DNA of 64,000 nucleotides from Laetmonice hystrix (lineage: Eukaryota): positions 9,858,001 through 9,922,000 of the forward strand of contig OZ249441.1 of NCBI GenBank assembly GCA_965235115.1, given 5' to 3'. The notes under the pieces were generated by a model. That model did no database searches. It saw nothing but the letters and a program-made list of their open reading frames with translations, and was not told where the DNA came from. A program made the position numbers and the translations under genes. Shown here one piece after another: positions 26,187 to 38,598 of this stretch. Numbering within the stretch: the first letter of the stretch is position 1; every line of letters starts with the position of its first letter.

Positions 26187-26354
26187 AGTGCTGAACCCAC
26201 CAAGGCGATTCCCCTTGCGACGCCCATGCGATTTTGACGTCACCCTTTTATTTTACTGTAATTTTGAGATTAAAGGATGGAACCCATTTCCTGAAACCAA
26301 AATCAAAAACCGCATGCCCGTCGCAAGGGGAATCGCCTTGGTGGGTTTAGCACT
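26187..26354. mobile_element. 168-bp MITE, PIF/Harbinger (Tourist)-type, ~50-bp TIRs, TTA target-site duplication
   Basis: Left AGTGCTGAACCCACCAAGGCGATTCCCCTTGCGACGCCCATGCG; right end reverse complement AGTGCTAAACCCACCAAGGCGATTCCCCTTGCGACGGGCATGCG; TTA at 26184-26186 and 26355-26357. TWA TSDs are characteristic of PIF/Harbinger. Confidence 0.8.
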
Positions 26355-26487
26355 TTAGAAGGCGCAGGCATGGGTGTATCTGCATGGTTACAGAATGGAT
26401 TGTTGAAACCAACTTTAATAATTATTATCAGACGTAGGAACAAATATTACATCATCAGTAAATTAGTGAAAGGAGTAGCCGTCCGGG

Positions 26488-27402
26488 CCGGCGCTCTTGA
26501 CCCGGCGCTCTGCCCGTCCTGGCCGGCGCTCTGCCCGTCCGGACCGGCGCTCTGCCCGTCCGGACCGGCGCTCTGTCCGTCCGGACCGGCGCTCTGCCCG
26601 TCCGGACCGGCGCTCTGCCCGTCCGGACCGGCGCTCTGCCCGTCCGGACCGGCGCTCTGCCCGTCTTGACCGGGCGCTCTGCCCGTCTTGACCCGGCGCT
26701 CTGCCCGTCCTGGCCGGCGCTCTGCCCGTCCGGACCGGCGCTCTGCCCGTCCGGACCGGCGCTCTGCCCGTCTTGACCGGGCGCTCTGCCCGTCTTGACC
26801 CGGCGCTCTGCCCGTCCGGACCCAGCGCTCTGCCCGTCCGGACCGGCGCTCTGCCCGTCTTGACCCGGCGCTCTGCCCGTCTTGACCCGGCGCTCTGTCC
26901 GTCCCGACCCGGCGCTCTGCCCGTCTTGACCGGGTGCTCTCCCCGTCCGGACCCGGCGCTCTGCCCGACTTGACCCGGCGCTCTGCCCGTCCCGACCCGG
27001 CGCTCTGCCCGTCTTGACCCGGCGCTCTGCCCGTCCCGACCCGGCGCTCTGCCCGTCTTGACCCGGCGCTCTGCCCGTCTTGACCCGGCGCTCTGCCCGT
27101 CTTGACCCGGCGCTCTGCCCGTCCCGACCCGGCGCTCTGCCCGACTTGACCCGGCGCTCTGCCCGTCTTGACCCGGCGCTCTGCCCGTCCCGACCCGGCG
27201 CTCTGCCCGTCCGGACCCGGCGCTCTGCCCGTCTTGACCCGGCGCTCTGCCCGTCTTGACCCGGCGCTCTGCCCGACTTGACCCGGCGCTCTGCCCGTCT
27301 TGACCCGGCGCTCTGCCCGTCTTGACCCGGCGCTCTGCCCGTCCCGACCCGGCGCTCTGCCCGTCCCGACCCGGCGCTCTGCCCGTCCCGACCCGGCGCT
27401 CT
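26488..27402. repeat. GC-rich minisatellite, 21-22-bp unit GACCCGGCGCTCTGCCCGTCTT
   Basis: About 42 copies; explains ORFs 26447 and 26463. Confidence 0.95.
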
Positions 27403-27857
27403 CCACTTCCGGACCGTCCCCGTTCGGATTGTGAGGTCATATTTTATTGATATCTCCCCGAGATATCTGGGCCCACGTTATGGACACGTATATTATATGG
27501 CGAAACTGTTGACAGTAGGCCCGGCCCATTGTGTCGGAACATAAAATATCTGACATTTTGAGCAGTCTGACCACAGTAATCATCATATAATTATGGGAAC
27601 ATTTCTATCAAGGGAGATGTGACCTTTTGCGCGGTGTGTCGTGGGGTTTGAGCAGCCGTCCCCCGTCCCTCTCTCCTTCCGGTGGTTGGACCCGAGGCCG
27701 GCTGCCCCCTGCCCTCCCCCCGTACCCCCGGTCCCCGGTCCCGGACTCGGTCCCAGACCCCGGCCCCCTCAGCTGACGGATTTCCTCCTCGGTTAACATC
27801 CCAACAGTTGCACATTCATCTAGTGGACCAGGTGCTCCACTGACTCCGAGGGTCAGC

Positions 27858-28342
27858 AGAGAATGCCGAGGTTAGCAGAGAATGCTGAGATCAGCAGAGA
27901 ATGCCGCGGTCCGCAGAGAATGCCGAGGTCAGCAGAGAATGCCGAGGTCAGCAGAGAATGCCGAGGTCAGCAAAGAATGCCACGGTCCGCAGAGAATGCC
28001 GAGGTCAGCAGAGAATGCCGAGGTCAGCAGAGAATGCCAAGGTCAGCAGTGAATGCCGCTCGAGGTCAGCAGAGAATGCCGAGGTCAGCAGAGAATGCCG
28101 CTCGAGGTCAGCAAAGAATGCCGAGGTCAGCAGAGAATGCCGCTCGAGGTCAGCAGAGAATGCCGAGGTCAGCAGAGAATGCCGAGGTCAGCAGAGAATG
28201 CCGAGGTCAGCAGATAATGCCAAGGTCAGCAGAGAATGCCGCTCGAGGTCAGCAGAGAATGCCGAGGTCAGCAGAGAATGATGAGGTCAGCACAGAATGC
28301 TGAGGTCAGCAGTGCCGGGGTCAGCAGAAAATGTTGAGGTCA
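27858..28342. repeat. Minisatellite, 19/23-bp unit GAATGCCGAGGTCAGCAGA
   Basis: Tandem copies visible. Confidence 0.93.
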
Positions 28343-28893
28343 GCAGAGAATGCCAAGATCAGCCAGTCACCCAGTAAAACTCGATTAACTGTAAGAGAGA
28401 GAAATCCAGCCACATTCTCTTCGTGGGGAGATACAAACGATGTCATACACGGAGAAATGAGACAATTAAATCAAGGTACCTTATTAGAAAAAAAGAATAA
28501 TTATTATTGCAGGCAAACAGGAATAAAAGTATGATCAGGCTAGTGTGCTCTGCTCGATATTGGTTGGATAACACTCCCGACTGTTACAGTAAATCAACGT
28601 ATAACAAAATTATCAGATCCTGCCGAGTTCCCGAGTGGGGGGGGGGGTGTGTTCTCCACTGTTCTCGATTAGTGGTGACTATCGTCGTATAGGAAGATAA
28701 AACAAAACCGTATGTTCATTAGAATACGCCATAATAAGGCCATGTTTGCTGGCAGTTGTGTTTTCAGATTCTGTTTGAGACTCCGTAATGAGTCGTTGAC
28801 AGAGGGTTCGCAGCAGGTTGTTGTCACAGCTCTCACACTGTTAGTGAGGGTGGACGGGAATAAATACATGCACTTGGTGATTACTGCTGCTTG

Positions 28894-29854
28894 CAGTACA
28901 CGTACTGTCAGGGTGGCACTGGCGGAGACTGACAGCTGGGATTGAGGGATGTTCAGTACACGTACTGTCAGGGTGGCACTGACGGAGACTGACAGCTGGG
29001 ATTGAGGGATGTTCAGTACACGTACTGTCAGGGTGGCACTGACGGAGACTGACAGCTGGGATTGAGGGATGTTCAGTACACGTACTGTCAGGGTGGCACT
29101 GACAGAGACTGACAGCTGAGATTGAGGGATGTTCAGTACACGTACTGTCAGGGTGGCACTGACGGAGACTGACAGCTAGGATTGAGGGATGTTCAGTACA
29201 CGTACTGTCAGGGTGGCACTGACGGAGACTGACAGCTGGGATTGAGGGATGTTCAGTACACGTACTGTCAGGGTGGCACTGACGGAGACTGACAGCTGGG
29301 ATTGAGGGATGTTCAGTACACGTACTGTCAGGGTGGCACTGACGGAGACTGACAGCTAGGATTGAGGGATGTTCAGTACACGTACTGTCAGGGTGGCACT
29401 GACGGAGACTGACAGCTGGGATTGAGGGATGTTCAGTACACGTACTGTCAGGGTGGCACTGACGGAGACTGACAGCTGGGGTTGAGGGATGTTCAGTACA
29501 CGTACTGTCAGGGTGGCACTGACGGAGACTGACAGCTGGGATTGAGGGATGTTCAGTACACGTACTGTCAGGGTGGCACTGACGGAGACTGACAGCTGGG
29601 ATTGAGGGATGTTCAGTACACGTACTGTCAGAGTGGCACGGACGGAGACTGACAGCTGGGGTTGAGGGATGTTCAGTACACGTACTGTCAGGGTGGCACT
29701 GACGGAGACTGACAGCTGGGGTTGAGGGATGTTCAGTACACGTACTGTCAGGGTGGCACTGACGGAGACTGACAGCTGGGATTGAGGGATGTTCAGTACA
29801 CGTACTGTCAGGGTGGCACTGACGGAGACTGACAGCGGGGATTGAGGGATGTTC
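28894..29854. repeat. Minisatellite, 60-bp unit x16, highly homogeneous
   Basis: Successive 60-nt lines 28981-29820 are near identical. Confidence 0.97.
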
Positions 29855-30385
29855 GCCCTCACTTCTTCATCTTCTTCATCATCTCCTTAAACTCCTTCTT
29901 CTTCATCTTCTTATCTGGACGCAGCCAGATATTATGACAGAGAAGTCGAACCATCTCGCTCTGTCCTTCTCTGTCACTATCTGTCTGTCTGTCTCCCTCT
30001 CTCTCCCTCCCTCCCGCTCTCTCCCTCGCTCCCCCTCTCTCTCTGTGTCTCTCTCTAGTAGTAGGAGCGTGAGATGGACCCAGATTACCATAGTAACCCA
30101 GGAATGACCGTTCATTATCTCTCTGACAGAAACATGCCGTTAAAGTGGCCAGTCCGAGCCGAGACAACACATTGTACACTGCGGGAGTTCATACCTCAGG
30201 GGTAAATCTACATCTACAACATACCAAGGAAGAGGTTATAACTAAGGCACGATCTGACAGGTCTATATGCTTATATGATAGGTAGGCCGATATCTGGAGT
30301 TGGTGTGTCAGTATGACAGTATCCCCCTAACCTCTAACTGGAATCTAAAGTCGGCACCTTCCGGACATATAGGAAGGTCAACCGG

Positions 30386-31024
30386 TGACGTCAAGGTCAG
30401 AAAGTGTCACTGTCAGGTGAGATTGGCCGCGTTTAGGCCTACTGCGGGCAACCAAACAAATATAATTTAGTATATCGAGTGAATAAAAGTTTAAGGTCTC
30501 TGAACTCTGGCATTTGGCCACAGTAAAAACTGGTCAAACGTTTAGGGGCTGACGTTACACTGACGTGACAGGACCGTGACGTATTACCGCTGAGTGATGT
30601 CATAACTTGGGATCTCTTACACGATGTGTGCATGAGGTGAAGGAGCTCACAACCCTTTACTGTCTGAGGTTAAGTACACTCTCACAACAAGGAGAGGACT
30701 TGACACGTTTTAGTTTGCTATTAAAGACAACATTTAAATCATTCAGTCAGTCAGCCACTCGAGAACCGGGCAAGATTTGAGAGGACGTATTGACGTCACG
30801 GTGTCGTTTGTGACGTCAGATATAATTGGGCAGACCCATGTCAAGCCTTGATGGGGGTGACGGGTTCGGAGAGAGGGAATCTTTGCTGACAGAGATAGTG
30901 GGTCAGACGGAGGGGCAGCTCCAGAGAGACGGGGTGAATGGGGTGATTGGTGGGGGTCAGCAGGGTCAGACAGGGGGTGTGCGAGGTGTCGGGGGTGGTA
31001 CCCCAGCCCGGGGTGATCACAGAC

Positions 31025-31085
<61 letters not shown>

Positions 31086-31143
31086 ACGTGTATGGCAGCA
31101 GTCAGCAAGACTGGAGGGGGGGGGGAGAGGGTATCCTTATAAA
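30386..31143 (+). promoter_or_regulatory. Putative internal promoter region: three CRE palindromes, (GA)n tract, TATAAA
   Basis: TGACGTCA at 30386, 30791, 30811; (GA)~27 at 31028-31082; TATAAA at 31138. Lies upstream of the GC-rich candidate first exon. Confidence 0.3.
31028..31082. repeat. (GA)n microsatellite
   Basis: Pure GA run. Confidence 0.97.
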
Positions 31144-31268
31144 CTAACAGTATTGATTGGGAGTCGGGAAGGTTTGCTCCCCCCTTTTTCTTTTTTTTGA
31201 AAAGAACACCATCATGGTGATATTGAAAGGCAGAATTTATAGTATACTCTAGCCTCGTGGGTTGAGGA

Positions 31269-31470
31269 GGAGCGATGGTTTGAGGAGGGGCCGTGGTTTG
31301 ATGAGAGCCGTGGTTTGATGAGACCCGTGTTTTGAGGAGGGGCCGTGGTTTGATGAGAGCCGTGGTTTGATGAGACCCGTGGTTTGAGGAGGGGCCGTGG
31401 TTTGAGGAGGGGCCGTGGTTTGATAAGAGCCGTGGTTTGATGAGACCTGTGGTTTGATGAGAGCCGTGGT
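31269..31470. repeat. 17-18-bp minisatellite CGTGGTTTGATGAGAGC
   Basis: Tandem copies visible. Confidence 0.88.
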
Positions 31471-32303
31471 TTCAGAGATGATCACTTGCCGTTCGGTAGA
31501 GATAATGCGTGGAGTGACGGGTAGGTGTCGCTGTAATCAGGACCGGTTGATGTGGTGAGGTTCAGACAGGTCGATGGCCGGTGGGGGCAGCACCTGCCTG
31601 GCTGGCTGGCTGGGTGCAGGCCGGCCGGTGACGGCGGACGACCGCCTCCTGTAGCTGTGATCACCGGCAGCAGGCAGGCAGGAAGGCGGGCGGGCGGAGG
31701 GTTCGGGTAGGACCGACCAGCACTGCGAGGGGCGGACGAGGCGGCGGGTGAACGGCTGGTTGATCAGGGTGGACCGGCGACCGTGGCCGATTGTACGGCT
31801 GCAGCAACCAGCAACTGGGGACGGGCAGAGTGAACGGCTGGGGACGGTTGTAAGGACAGACAGCGGCCGTGGCTAGCGCCAGGAACAGGAGGAGCAGCAG
31901 GAGGGACAGCAGCTGTTACAGGCCCGGAGTCTGACGGTAACGGCGCCTGTACTGGGAGGCCAGGCTGTGACGGTAACGGCGCCTGTACTGAGAGGCCAGG
32001 CTGTGACGGTAACGGCGCCTGTACTGGTAGGCCAGGCCGCCGTACAGGCTTGTCCTACAACTGCCGGTATTAAGGCTTACCAACACGCTGGATCCAGGAG
32101 GGCGGACCGTGGGAACGATCAGGCCACAGCACGCCTCCAATCCACCTCCAGTTCCCCCCGCAGTGCCATGCGGCCACCTCGGTGCTAACAGCTGTGTTCT
32201 CCGTGTGTTGTGTCCTTCACGCGGGTTGCCATATTGCGCGGACCAGGCAAGCACACATGTTGGCCAGTACCACGCCGCTGTCTTTTTTACCCGGCCGCCA
32301 TCA

Positions 32304-32316
32304 ACATCATCATCAT

Positions 32317-32374
<58 letters not shown>

Positions 32375-32397
32375 AGCAGCAGCAGCAGCAGCAACAG
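32304..32397 (+). repeat. (CAT)n-(CAG)17-GAGAAG-(CAG)5 trinucleotide tract
   Basis: CAG x17 at 32320-32370 and x5 at 32377-32391. Confidence 0.95.
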
Positions 32398-32557
32398 TGT
32401 CATCCACACAAGATGAGGTCTGCAGCTTAATGGCAGGATTACCATTCTTTCTTTACCAGCCTGGATTTACCTTGGAGTTAATTGGGCTCTTCCCGGATTG
32501 GATTATCCCGGATTGGTTGTGCCGGTGAAGTGTGCTGTAAGGGAGGATGGCCGGAGG

Positions 32558-32712
32558 CTGACCGTGTTCACATTACCGGGTTCAGGTACCAGCCCTGACC
32601 GTGTTCACATTACTGGGTTCAGGTACCAGCCCTGACCGTGTTCACATTACTGGGTTCAGGTACCAGCCCTGACCGTGTTCACATTACCGGGTTCATGTTC
32701 CAGCCCTGACCG
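32558..32712. repeat. 37-bp unit x4 (CTGACCGTGTTCACATTACTGGGTTCAGGTACCAGCC)
   Basis: Spacing 32559 to 32596. Confidence 0.9.
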
Positions 32713-32986
32713 CTCACACTACCTGGACTGCAACCGGTCACAACCTACAACCTCACTTACCAACAGCACCAACAACAACGAAAACGGCAGCAGCAACAAC
32801 AACCCCACAGCAGCAGTGTCTGGAGGTGGGAGGCGTGGCATGGGCGCCGATAGTTCCACCAGCAGTTCCCCCTTTACGGCCCCCCTAGCAGTTTCCCCTA
32901 GCGCGGAATGTCCATAGACAGGTGGCACCGTGGCCCGCCCCCCAGGTGCCCCCCGGACTCTGCCCCCGGTCGAGTGTTCGGTCGAG

Positions 32987-33037
32987 ATGATTGGACTCAA
33001 CATCAGTCTACAGGATCTCCTGGAGAGTTTTGAGGAG
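32987..33037 (+). CDS. Candidate coding end of an alternative first exon (MIGLNISLQDLLESFEE) for a short Dp116/G-utrophin-like isoform
   Basis: ATG at 32987, 17 codons, then GAG|GTGTGT donor in phase 0, matching the phase-0 acceptor at 62462. Lies at the end of a GC/CpG-rich, CAG-containing block typical of first exons. Inference; no transcript evidence. Confidence 0.5.
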
Positions 33038-34169
33038 GTGTGTATCTCTCTGTCTTTCTCTGTCTCTCTCCTGGTGCAAGCACCACCTATCTCTCTCCCT
33101 GTCTCTCCTGGTGCAAACACCACCTATCTCTCTCCCTGTCTCTCTCCTGGTGCCAGACACCTGGCTTCAATCACCTCACAGGGAACTTAACTTCCCAATG
33201 TCTCTGCCCACAGCGCTGTTTTCATTCACAAATTTGAACAGGCATGGTGAAATGTCTTTAGATGAATAGCTCCCTCATAGGACCTTCTTACCAATCACAA
33301 GACCTTCGTACCAATCCCAAGGCAAGCTCCTGGTAACTCGGACCAAAGTATAACTTTATTAACTCACCTAAAATCGGACCTCTACTATTGTCCGGTGAAA
33401 TGGTTATTCAGGTTTCTGATCACACAGACGTGCAGGTATGTTGGGGCGACCTCCCGCCGAGTGTGAGTACACGAGTCACTTTACCGGGTGTTCATTCCTC
33501 CATGATAACTTTCTCGCGAAATTGGGACCAGGGTTAGGTCTGAGGGTAAGGGATAGTGATAGTGTAAGGGATAGGGTAAGGGACAGCGTTGGGGACAGGG
33601 AGAGTGTAAGGGGCGGCGACAGGGATAGTGAGGGTGGGGAGGAGGTAGGGTGGGTGGGGTGGGGTGAGAGCAGGGTGGGGGTTTTGATGGTAGGTCCTGT
33701 CAGTGGACACCTGGGTCACATATATACACACACTGAGGGAGAATGTGTAGATTGAACTGGGCGGCCGCTAACCGGTCGGTTCTACCCGACCCCTCACAAT
33801 GCTATTCTCTCAAGACATCGGAACATTCCTCAGTTGTGGGCGTAGGTCGAGGCTTAATACGGGGTCGGGTTACCAATAACGGCCGCACATTGAAGGCTCC
33901 ATATCATTGATTTGTGTGTGTCTCCAACAAAATCCTGTGTGAGAGCCTGGAAATATCTGCTCGGACAGGGAGCCGGAGAATGTCTGATAGCCTTGTCCGG
34001 GCGGGTCAGAGTGTTTACCTACGATTAGTCCCACTGTCATTTGTTTGAGCAATCTGTCTCCACCGAAATGGATCATGATTGCTAGTGGCAACATTTATCT
34101 GGTCATTTCTCGGTGGTATTCTGGGCTCAGACATCATTAGAAAATACCTCTTCCCGTCAGACACACACA

Positions 34170-34522
34170 CCCTCCCCTGACTGGTGCCGACCGACCCCTT
34201 ACATCAGACCCCTCCCCTGACTGGTGCCGACCGACCCTCACATCAGACCCCCTCCCACGGACCAGCTCCCAGTCTGAGTCCAACCTGAGCTCACCCTACA
34301 CGGACCAGCTCCCAGTCTGAGTCCAGCCTGAGCTCACCCTACACGGACCAGCTCCCAGTCTGATCCAACCTGAGCTCACCCTACACGGACCAGCTCCCAG
34401 TCTGAGTCCAACCTGAGCTCACCCTACACGGACCAGCTCCCAGTCTGAGTCCAACCTGAGCTCACACTACACGGACCAGCTCCCAGTCTGAGTCCAGTCT
34501 GATTCCAGTCTGAGCTCACCCT
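34170..34522. repeat. Abutting ~44-bp x2 and 43-bp x6 arrays
   Basis: CACGGACCAGCTCCCAGTCTGAGTCCAACCTGAGCTCACCCTA repeats. Confidence 0.9.
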
Positions 34523-35035
34523 CCGTCCACAAGACCAGACCAACCAATGACAGGTAAATACACTTGGCCGACAGGTGGACTAATCTTCGGGTCACTGTCA
34601 CCCTGGGGCACCTGGTGATGAGGGCCAGGTTAGTGGATATGCACCTCACCTGAAGCCGAACTCATCTAACTCACCTGTACATAGGACGATTATTGATTGG
34701 TTCTAGTCAATAACACGATCGATTACCGCCAGATGGGGGTCTACCTGAGGGGCGGTGGTGGTGGTGGTGGTAGTGGTGGTGGGAGATGGAGGGGGGGGGG
34801 GGCTAGGACTCGTCAGGTGTATGGTCACTGTACGTGTACACCTAAATTTGGGCTCACCATGCACCGCCACATGGTGAGCCCACCTCCACTTTAGCCGTAA
34901 GCTACCACTTTAGTGGAGGACCATGGTCAGCTGCAAGCTACCACTTTAGTGGAGGATCATGACCAGCTGCCTAATACCGCTATCTCATGAGAAGGCCACT
35001 TTTCAGGTACATGTATATTTGAGGTAATGATAACG

Positions 35036-35712
35036 TCCACCTGTCAGGTGGTATATTAGCAGTGACCCACCGCCTGTCAGGTAGTATATTAGCAGTGTCC
35101 CACCGCCTGTCAGGTAGTATATTAGCAGTGACCCACTACCTGTCAGGTAGTATATTACAAGTGACCCACCACCTGTCAGGTAGTATATTAGCAGTGTCGC
35201 ACCGCCTGTCAGGTAGTATATTAGCAGTGACCCACTACCTGTCAGGTAGTATATTACAAGTGACCCACCACCTGTCAGGTAGTATATTAGCAGTGACCCA
35301 CTACCTGTCAGGTAGTATATTACAAGTGACCCACCACCTGTCAGGTAGTATATTAGCAGTGTCGCACCGCCTGTCAGGTAGTATATTAGCAGTGACCCAC
35401 TACCTGTCAGGTAGTATATTAGCAGTGACCCACTACCTGTCAGGTAGTATATTAGCAGTGGTCCAGTACCTGTCAGGTGGTATATTAGCAGTGACCCACC
35501 GCCTGTCAGGTAGTATATTAGCAGTGTCCCACCGCCTGTCAGGTAGTATATTAGCAGTGTCCCACCGCCTGTCAGGTAGTATATTAGCAGTGACCCACTA
35601 CCTGTCAGGTAGTATATTAGCAGTGACCCACTACCTGTCAGGTAGTATATTACAAGTGACCCACCACCTGTCAGGTAGTATATTAGCAGTGGTCCAATAC
35701 CTGTCAGGTGGT
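35036..35712. repeat. Minisatellite, 33-bp unit ACCTGTCAGGTAGTATATTAGCAGTGACCCACT, ~20 copies
   Basis: Source of spurious 242-aa ORF 35062. Confidence 0.95.
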
Positions 35713-35904
35713 ATCATTATGGCCGGCTACTCTCTCACGAACTGGAAGGATCAACATAGAGGAGAGAAAAACATCGCTGCTGATCTATGAATATTTGATC
35801 GTGTGTCTGTGGGGGGATGGCAGGGGGTAGTCACTAGGAGATCGAGGATCCCCACGGAGGATCCCAACGCTTCTCAGTCCCAGTCCGACTCTGTCTGTTA
35901 GTCC

Positions 35905-36302
35905 CACCCAGTCTCAGTCAGCCTCACCCAGTCTCAGTCAGCCTCACCCAGTCTCAGTCAGCCTCACCCAGTCTCAGTCAGCCCCACCCAGTCTCAGTCA
36001 GTCCCACTCAGTCTTAGTCAGCCTCACCCAGTCTCCGTCAGCCCCACCCAGTCTCGGTCCCAGTCAGCCTCACCCAGTCACACCCAGTCCCAGTCAGCCT
36101 CGCCCAGTCACACCCAGTCTCAGTCAGCCTCACCCAGTCACACCCAGTCTCAGTCAGCCTCACCCAGTCTCAGTCAGCCCCACCCAGTCTCAGCCTCACC
36201 CAGCCCCACCCAGTCTCGGTCCCAGTCAGCCTCACCCAGTCACACCCAGTCTCAGTCAGCCTCACCCAGTCACACCCAGTCTCCATCACCTCACCCAGTC
36301 CC
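35905..36302. repeat. 10/20-bp minisatellite CAGTCTCAGTCAGCCTCACC
   Basis: Tandem copies visible. Confidence 0.9.
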
Positions 36303-36618
36303 AGCTCCAGTGTGGAGATAGATACACAGCAAGCAGCTTGCCCCGATCGTATTGTTTTCGTGTTCCCTCGTTTCTTTTGATATTTTAACATTTTAATGGA
36401 AATAGTAATCTTCAATAAGTAGTCACCTTAACTAAGGTTATGTTGACATTTAAAGGTTACATGTGGTGGAGGATCACTCTGAACCTGTCAAAACAAGATG
36501 TAAGAATTAAAACGGTCTCTTAGCAACCAGTCTGATCCTTGTGGGATATATTGAAGTGGGTGTGAGTATTAACGAAATCATTTCCAAGTGGTTATCTGCC
36601 GAGTAATTGATATGTCAT

Positions 36619-36891
36619 CATAGGACGTCACGCCGGCCCCAGTCACCCAGTGACAGAGTTAGGTGTTGGTGGTGGGAGGGGCACACACCGACATGATCAT
36701 GACGGTAGATAGGACGTCACGCCGGCCCCAGTCACCCAGTGACAGAGTGACAGAGTTAGGTGTTGGTGGTGGGAGGGGCACACACCGACATGATCATGAC
36801 GGTAGATAGGACGTCACGCCGGCCCCAGTCACCCAGTGACAGAGTTAGGTGTTGGTGGTGGGAGGGGCACACACCGACATGATCATGACGG
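36619..36891. repeat. ~90-98-bp unit x3
   Basis: ATAGGACGTCACGCCGGCCCCAGTCACCCAGTGACAGAG repeats three times. Confidence 0.9.
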
Positions 36892-37001
36892 GAGATATCC
36901 TATCACGTTTCTCTCCTCTGATCTTCACGTGAAATCAAACCGCAGTCTGATCTGTTGATGTTAGAAAGGTGAGCGAGAGATCAGAGAGTTTAATTAAAGC
37001 C

Positions 37002-37822
37002 TGGGATGTTTGTCACATTGACAGCCGATAGAGAACGAGGGATGTTTGTCACGTTGACAGCCGATAGAGAACGAGGGATGTTTGTCACGTTGACAGCCGA
37101 TAGAGAACGAGGGATGTTTGTCACGTTGACAGCCGATAGAGAACGAGGGATGTTTGTCACGTTGACAGCCGATAGAGAACGAGGGATGTTTGTCACGTTG
37201 ACAGCCGATAGAGAACGAGGGATGTTTGTCACGTTGACAGCCGATAGAGAACGAGGGATGTTTGTCACATTGACAGCCGATAGAGAACGAGGGATGTTTG
37301 TCACGTTGATAGCCGATAGAGAACGAGGGATGTTTGTCACATTGACAGCCGATAGAGAACGAGGGATGTTTGTCACGTTGACAGCCGGGTCCCATTCATA
37401 CCAAGCAGAGCAAACCCATACCCGGGTCACACCCATACCCGGGTCACACCCATACCCGGGTCCCATTCATACCAAGCAGATCACGCCCATACCCGGGTCA
37501 CGCCCATACCCGGGTCACACCCATACCTGGGTCACACCTATACCCGGGTCCCATTCATACCAAGCAGATCACACCCATACCCGGGTCACACCCATACCCG
37601 GGTCCCATTCATACCAAGCAGATCACGCCCATACCCGGGTCACGCCCATACCCGGGTCACACCCATACCTGGGTCCCATTCATACCCAGCAGAGCCCACC
37701 CATACCCGGGTCCCATTCATACCCAGCAGAACCCATTCATACCCGGGTCACACTGATACCCAGCAGATCCCACCCATACCCGGGTCCCATTCATACCCAG
37801 CAGAGCCCACCCATACCCAGGG
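37002..37822. repeat. 36-bp array (~11 copies) abutting a CATACCCGGGTC-based composite array
   Basis: GGGATGTTTGTCACGTTGACAGCCGATAGAGAACGA to 37386, then CATACCCGGGTCACACC/CCCATTCATACC units. Confidence 0.93.
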
Positions 37823-38598
37823 TCCAGCTGACGTGACATGTTGGTGTTTGACAGTTCAGACCGGCGTGATCAGCTACAGCCCAGGATCAAAGGTCATGTC
37901 AATCATGTTACAATCGCAGCCAGGCCACACGTCAAGGTGTCTGAACACGTGACCGGAGGCCTGTCCCCCGTGGGTCCCTGATTCCATAAAAACTACGTGG
38001 TGGTTCCAAGCCCCGGGCGCCCGCCCCCCAACCACTCACAGCGTGTGAAAACCAGGGAATTGGGCCCCACGGCAGCCAGAGGGACCCCCGGGCGCTCTGG
38101 ATGTCCCGGGATATTTGGCAGTGATCCAGTCTTGATCACCAGTATGAATACACAAATTGGTTGCTCCTGGGGTCCGCCCGTATCGAAGTGAAGATCAAAT
38201 GGTCGATCAAACGGTGGCGGCAGTTTCATCCCCGCTGGTGCTGATTTATGTATGGGAAGGGACGGGGGCCGAGAGGAGAGGGACATACTTTCCGGTCACC
38301 GTCCGCCTGGACACCGGTCACCGTCCGCCTGGACACCGGTCACCCGTCCGTGGTCGGGCGGTGTCCAGTACCCCCGCGGTCTGTACAGGTCAGGATCCCC
38401 GTCAGGTGTTAACGACCTATGACCGCTGGCCGCTGGCCGGACGGAGGGCGGCGAGGGAGGGAGGGAGGGAGGGAGGGAGGGGGGAGGTCAGAATATCTGG
38501 AGAGTGGACACTGAGTGGTGGTAGTCTGGGATCCAGTGTTTGGTCGTAAATCTGTGATTTATAGCACTGAGCGTGGCAGAGTGGGCCACTTCAGATTG

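Noticed and set aside
26447-27440. RAERR-repeat ORFs; likewise 35062, 37006, 45759, 46952, 57256 and 59695
   Set aside because: All coincide exactly with tandem arrays.
32182-32430. PolyQ/polyH ORF as a stand-alone gene or dystrophin exon
   Set aside because: No ATG start, stop at 32430, and out of frame with the donor-linked frame; better explained as a leader microsatellite.
33760-33886. Inverted repeat ACCCGACCCC/GGGGTCGGGT as a MITE
   Set aside because: Only a 10-bp perfect arm and no clear TSD.
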